NCBI RefSeq assembly: GCF_009914755.1 | Contig: NC_060934.1 | DNA: 64,000 nucleotides | Origin: the human T2T-CHM13v2.0 reference genome, Homo sapiens | Direction: 5' to 3' (one strand) | Shown: positions 57,886 through 64,000 of the stretch, piece after piece | Layout: each line of letters starts with the position of its first letter | Position numbering within the stretch: position 1 is the first letter of the stretch | Position numbers and translations under genes: made by a program | The notes under the pieces: model-generated | What the model was told of the DNA's origin: nothing | Database searches by the model: none | The model's input: the letters and a program-made list of their open reading frames with translations, nothing else

Positions 57886-60800
57886 AATCAACCCGGGTAG
57901 AATGGAATGGAATGGAATGGAATGGAATCAACCCGAGTTGATTGGAAGGGAATGGAATGGAATGGAATGGAATGGAATGCAACGGAATGGAATCAACTCA
58001 AGTGGAATGGAATGGAAAGGAATGGAATGGAATGGAATGGAATGGAATAAACACGAGTGGAATGGAATGGAATGGAATGGAATGGAATGGAATGGAATGG
58101 AATGGAATAGAATGGAATGGAATCAACTCGAGTGGAAAGGAATGGATTGGAAAGGAATGGAAAGGAAAGGAAAGGAATGGAATGCCATGGAATGCAATAG
58201 TATGGAATGGAGTCAACCCGAGTGGAATGGAATCAAATGGAATGGAATGAAAGGGAATGGAATGGAATGCAATGGAATGGAGTGGAATGAAATAAACACC
58301 AGTGGAATGGAATATAATGGACAGGAATGTAATGTAATGCAATGGAATGGAATGGAATGGAGTGCAATGAAATCAACCCTATTGGAATGGAATGGAATAC
58401 AATGGAATGGAATGGAATGGAATTAACCCTAGTGGAATGTAATGTAATTGAATGGAATGGAATGGAATGAAATCAACCAGAATGTTATGGATTGGAATAG
58501 AGTGGAATGGAATGGAATGGCATGGAATGCAATGGAATCAAATAGAATTTAATGGAATTAAATGGAATGGACAGAAATGGAATGGAATGGAATGGAATGG
58601 AATGGAATGGAATGTAGTGGAATGGACTAGAATGGAATGGAATGGAATGAAATCAACCCGATTGTAATGGAATGGAATGCAATGGAATGGAATGGAATCA
58701 ACTGAAAAGGAATCAAATGGAACGGAATGGAATGGAATGGAAGGGAATGGAAAGGAATCAAACCCAGTAGAATGTAATGGAATGGACTCGATTATAATTG
58801 AATGGAATGGAATCAATGAGGCTGGAATGGAATGGAATGGAATGGATTATAAGGGAATGTAATGGAATGGAATGGAATTCAATGTAATGGAAACAAACCG
58901 AGTGGAATGTAACGGAATGGAAAGGACTGGAATGTAATGGAATGGATTGGAATCAACCCGATTCCAATGCAATGGAATGGAATGGAATGCAATGAAATGG
59001 AAGATAATGGAATGAACTGGAATGGAATGGAATGGAATGGAATGGAAGTTAATGGAATTGAATGGAATCAACCCGAGTGGAGTGGAATGGAATGGAATGG
59101 AATGGAACGCAATAGAATCTACAAAATTGGAATGGAATGGAATGGAATGGAATGGCATGTAATAAGAAGGATTGGAATGGAATGGAATGGAATGGAAAGG
59201 AATGGAATAGAATGTAATGGAATCAACTCGAGTGGAAAGGAATGGAATGGAAAGGAATGGAATGGAAAGGAAAGAATGGAATGCAATAGAATGCAATGGT
59301 ATGGAATGGAGTCAACCCGAGTGGAATGCAATGGAATGGAATGGAATGAAATGGAATGGAATGGAATGCAATGGAATGGAGTGCAATGGAATAATCAACA
59401 ATGGAATGGAATGCAATGGAATAGAGTGGAATGGAATGAACACCAGTGGAATGGAATGCAATGGAATGGAATGGAATTGAATGGAATGGAATGGAATGGA
59501 ATGGAATGGAATGGAATGGAATCAACCCCAGTGGAATGTAATGTAATGGAATGGAATGGAATGGAATGGAATAAACAAGAGTGGAATGGAAAGGAATGGA
59601 ATGGAATGGAATGGAATGGAATGGAATGGAATAGAATGGAATGGAATGGATTGGAAAGGAATTGAATTGAAAGGAAACTAATGGAATGCAATGGAATACA
59701 AAGGTATGGAATGGAGTAAACCCGAGTGGAATTGAATGCAATGGAATGTAATGTAATGGAATAGAATGGAATGCAATGGAATGGAGTGGAATGGAATAAA
59801 CACCAGTGGAAAGGAATGGAATGCAATGGAATGGAATGGACAGGAATGGAATGGAATGGAATGGAATGGATTGGAATGGAATGGAATGGAATGGAATGGA
59901 ATGGAATGGAGTGCAATGAAATCAACACAATTGGAATGGAATGGAATGCAATGGAATGGAATGGAATCAACTGGAAAGGAATCAAATGGAAAGGAATGGA
60001 ATGGAATGGAATGGAATTGAATGGAATGGAATGGAATGGAATTAACCCGAGTGGAATGTAGTGGAATGGAATGGAATGGAATGGAATGGAATGAAATCAA
60101 CCCGAATGGAGTGGATTTGAATAGAGTGGAATGGAATGGAACGGCATGGAATGCAATGGAATCAACTAGAATGGAATGGGATGGAATGGAAAGGAATGGA
60201 ATGAACTGGAATGGAATGGAATAGAATGGAATTTAATGGAATGGAATGGAATTGAATGGAATCAACCCGAGTGGAGTGGAATGGATTGGAATGGAAATGA
60301 ATGGAATGGAATGGAATGGAGTAGAACGGAACGGAATGGAATGAACCCGAGTGGAATGGAAAGGAATGGAATGGAATGGAATGGAATGGAATGGAATTAA
60401 CCCGAGTGGAATGAAATGGAATGGAATGGAATAAACACGAGTGGAATGGAATGCAATGGAATGGAATGGAAAGGAATGGACTAGAATGGAATGGAATGGA
60501 AAGGAATGGAATGCAATGAATTGCAATGGTATGGAATGCAGTCAACCCGAGTGGAATGGAATGGAAAGGAATGGAATGAAATGGAATGGAATGGAATGCA
60601 ATGGAATGGAGTGGAATGGAATAATCAACAGTGGAATGGAATGCAATGGAATAGAGTGGAATGGAATAAACACCAGTGGAATGGAATGGAATGGAATGGA
60701 ATGGAATGGTCAGGAATGGAATGGAATGGAATTGAATGGAATGAAAAGGACTAGAAGGGAATGGAATGGAATGAAATCAACCCGATTGGAATAGAATGGA

Positions 60801-63559
60801 ATGCAATGGAATGGAATGGAATCAGCTGGAAAAGAATCAAAGGGAATGGAATGGAAGGGAATGGAATGGAATGGAATGGAATGGAATGGAATCAACCCGA
60901 GTGGAATGGAATGGAATGGAATAGAACGGAATAAACACGAATGGAATGGAATGGAATGGAATGGAATGGAATGGAATGGAATGGAATGGAATCAACTCGA
61001 GTGGAATGAAATGTAACGTCATGGAATGGAATGGAATGGAATGGAATGGAATGGAATAGAATGGAATCAATTCGAGTGCAATGTAATTGAATAGAATGGA
61101 ATCAATTAAACTGCAATGTAATGGTATAGAATGGAATGGAATGGAATGGAATGGAATGGAATGGAATCAACCAGAGTGGAATGGAATGGAAAGGAATGGA
61201 ATGGAATGGAAAGGAATGGAATCGAATGAAATGGAATGGAATGGAATGGAATGGAATGTAACGGCATGGAATGCAATGGAATGGAGTGGAATCAACCCGA
61301 GTGGAATGGAATGGAATGGACTGTAACAGCATAGAATGGAATGGAATGGACTGGAAACAAACCGAGTGGAATGGAATGGAATGGAAACGAATGGAATGAA
61401 ATCAACCCGAGTGGAATGGAGTGGAATGGAATGGAATGGAATCAACCCGAGTGGAATGGAATGGAATGGATTAGAATGGAATGAACCCGACTGCAAAGGA
61501 ATGGAATGGAATGGGAAGGAATGGAATGGAATGAAATGAACACGAGTGGAATGGAATGGAATGGAATGGAATGGAATGGAATGGAATGGAAGAGAATGGA
61601 ATGGAATCAATCTGAGTGGAAAGTAATGGAATGGAAAGGAATAGAATGGAATGGAAAGGAATGGAATGCAATGGAATGCAATGGTATGGAATGGAGTCAA
61701 CACGAGTGGAATGGATTGGAATGGAATCGAATGGAATGGAATGGAATGGAATGCTATGGAATGGAGTGGAATGGAATAAACACCAGTGGAATGGAATGGA
61801 ACGGAATGGAATGGACAGGAATGGAATGAAATGGAATGGAATGGAAAGGACTAGAATGGAATGGAATGGAATGAAATCAAACCGATTGGAATGGAATGGA
61901 ATGCAATGGAATGGAATGGTATCAACTGGAAAGGAATCAAAGGGAACGGAATGGAATGCAACGGAATGGAATGGAATGGAATGGAACAGAATGGAATAGA
62001 ATCAACTCGAGTGGAAAGGAATGGAAAAGAAAGGAATGGAATGGAAAGGAAAGGAATGGAATGCAATGGAATGCAAAGGTATGGAATGGAGTCAATCCGA
62101 GTGGAATGGAATGGAATGGAATGGAATGGAATGGAATGGAATGGAATTTAAAGGAATGAAATGGAATGGAATGGAATGAAATTGAATGGAATGGAATGCA
62201 ATGGAATGTAGTGGAATGGAATAAACACCAGTGGAATGGAATGCAATGGAATGGAGTGGAATGGAAAGAAATGGAATGTAATGGAATGGAATGGAATGGA
62301 ATGGACATGAATGGAATGGAATGGACTAGAATGGAATGGAATGGAAATAAATCAACCCGATTGGAATGGAATGGAATGCAATGGAATGGAATGGAATGAA
62401 CTGGAAAGGAACGAAATGGAATGGAAAGGAATGGAAAGAATGGAATGGAATGGAATGGAATGGAATGGAATGGAATCCACCCGAGTCGAATGCAAGGGAA
62501 TGGAATGGAATGGAATGGAATGGAATGGAATGGAATGGAATGGAATGGAATCAACCCAAGTGGAATGGACTGGAATGGAATGGAATACAATGGAATGGAA
62601 TGGAATGGAATGGAATCAGCTGCAGTGGAATGGAATGGAATGGGATGGAATGGAATGGACAGGAATAGAATGGAATGGAATATAACGGAGTGGAATCAAC
62701 ACGAGTGGAATGGAATGGAATCAAATTGAATGGAATCGAAGGAAAGGAATGCAATGGAATGGAATCAACCTCAGTGGAACAGAAAGGAATGTAATGAAAT
62801 GGAATGGAATGGAATGGAATGCAATGGAATGGTATGGAATGGAGTGGAATGGAATCGGTTGGAATGGGATGGAATCAACCCGAGTGGAACGGACTGGAAT
62901 GGAGTGGAATGGAATGGAACGGCATGGAATGATATGGAATCAACTAGAATAGAATGGAATGGGATGGATTGGAATGGAATCAAATGGAATCAACCTGAGT
63001 GGAATGGAATGGAATGGAATGGAATGAATGGAAATGAATGGAATGGAAACTAATGGAATGGAATGGAAAGGAAACAACCCTAGTGGAACGGAATGCAATG
63101 GAATGCAAAGGAATAGAATTGAATTCAATGTAATGGAAACAAACCGAGTGGAATGTAATGTAATGGAAAGGACTGGAATGTAATGGAATGGATGGGAATC
63201 AACCCGATTCCAATGCAACAGAATGGAATGTAATCGAATAGAGTGGAACGGAATGGAATGGAAAGGAAAGAATGGAATGAACTGGAATGGAATGGAACGG
63301 CATGGAATTTAACGGAATGGAATGGAATGGAATGAAATGGAATGGAATCAACCCGGGTAGAATGCAATGGAATGGAAAGGAATGGAATGGAATGGAATCA
63401 ACACGAGTTGATTGGAAGGGAATGGAATGGAATGGAATGGAATGGAATGGAATGGAATGGAACGGAACGGAATGGAATGGAATGGAATGGAATGGAATGG
63501 AATGGAACGGAACGGAATGGAATGGAATGGAAGGGAATGGAATGGAATGGAAAGGAATG

Positions 63560-64000
63560 GAATGAACTGGAATGGAATGGAATGCAATTTAATGAATGGA
63601 ATGGAATCAACCCGAGTGGAGTGGAATGGAATGGAATGGAAACGAATGGAATGGAATGGAAACTAATGAAATGGAATGCAAACAACCCGAGAGGAATGGA
63701 ATGCAATGGAATGGAATGGAATTCAACGGAATGGAAACACCCCGAGTGAAATGGCATGGAATGGAAAGGAATTGAATGTAATGGAATGGATTGGAATCAA
63801 CCCGATTAGAAAGCAATGGAATGGAATGGAATGGAATGGAATGGAAGGGAATGGAATGAAATGGAATTGAAAGGAAAGGAATGGAATGGAATGGAAGGGA
63901 TTGGAATGGAATGGAATGGATTAGAATGGAATGGAATGGAATGAAATCAACCCGATTGGAATGGAATGGAATGCAATGTAATGGAATGGAATCAACTGGA
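63560..64000 (+). repeat. Start of a fifth higher-order unit copy (E), homologous to 1-~470
   Basis: GCAAACAACCCGAG 63678, TTCAACGGAATGGAAACACC 63722 and CCCGATTAGAAAGC 63801 follow the same order as 135, 199 and 278. Confidence 0.85.

Larger units (their letters stand above)
38946..63559 (+). repeat. Higher-order unit copy D (~24.6 kb; colinear with A/C to ~45130, different interior, rejoins the consensus end at ~62550)
   Basis: Start landmarks as in C. End landmarks CAGCTGCAG 62617, TATAACGGAG 62681, CAACCTCAG 62766 and GATATGG 62931 match 37793-38052. Confidence 0.75.
1..64000 (+). repeat. Satellite III (HSat3) array, (GGAAT)n with CAACCCGAGT-type interruptions; pericentromeric-type heterochromatin DNA
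   Basis: Seen: GGAAT pentamers dominate every line, interrupted by CAACCCGAGT (e.g. 55-64, 140-149) and variants CAACACGAGT, CAACTCGAGT, CAACCTGAGT, TAAACACCAGT. Established: (GGAAT)n CAAC(C/A)CGAGT is the classical human Satellite III signature. The CATTCGATTC/ATGAT-rich pattern of HSat2 is not dominant. One orientation throughout. Confidence 0.97.

Noticed and set aside
23-63870. Hundreds of ORFs encoding (MEWNG)n on + and (IPFHS)n on -, up to 405 aa (9266..10483)
   Set aside because: GGAAT repeats have no stop codon in any of six frames and supply an ATG every 5 bp, so long ORFs are expected. They overlap in all frames and have no domain content. A poly-WNGME product is known from the SCA31 UGGAA expansion, but nothing here shows translation.
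1-64000. CRISPR-like repeat/spacer look (conserved CAACCCGAGT separated by variable stretches)
   Set aside because: The intervening stretches are GGAAT runs of variable length, not unique spacers. There is no leader and no cas gene.
1-64000. Assignment to chromosome 9q12, Yq12 DYZ1 or a named HSat3 subfamily
   Set aside because: The pentamer and 10-bp motif are shared by arrays on several chromosomes, and no regular 3.6-kb period is present. Assignment needs k-mer or alignment search against T2T references.
1-64000. Inversions, telomeric repeats, alpha satellite/CENP-B boxes or canonical G-quadruplex motifs
   Set aside because: No CATTC runs on the + strand, no TTAGGG arrays and no 171-bp monomers were seen. 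GGG tracts are sparse and isolated.

Overview
The whole 64 kb is one uninterrupted array of primate (human-type) Satellite III (HSat3). The + strand is the G-rich strand: (GGAAT)n runs punctuated every ~30-150 bp by the 10-bp CAACCCGAGT motif and its variants. I see no genes, RNA genes, transposons, CRISPR array or strand inversion. All ORFs in the track are artefacts of a pentamer with no stop codon in any frame. The real information is structural. Rare variant words, tracked by eye, resolve a higher-order unit of ~13.6 kb present as four rearranged copies plus the start of a fifth (A 1-~8545, B ~8546-25316, C 25317-38945, D 38946-63559, E 63560-end). These copies carry nested duplications (110 bp, ~270 bp, ~0.9, 1.13, 2.1, 5.0 and 6.8 kb) and kb-scale deletions. 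At least three junctions contain a short piece copied from elsewhere in the array between duplicated flanks, a pattern expected from template switching. The clearest case is at 43.2-57.9 kb, where two apparently separate duplications share one breakpoint. I cannot support a new protein-coding or defence system, and I cannot assign a chromosome or HSat3 subfamily without a database search. Coordinates come from manual counting; breakpoints inside GGAAT runs are uncertain by a few pentamers.
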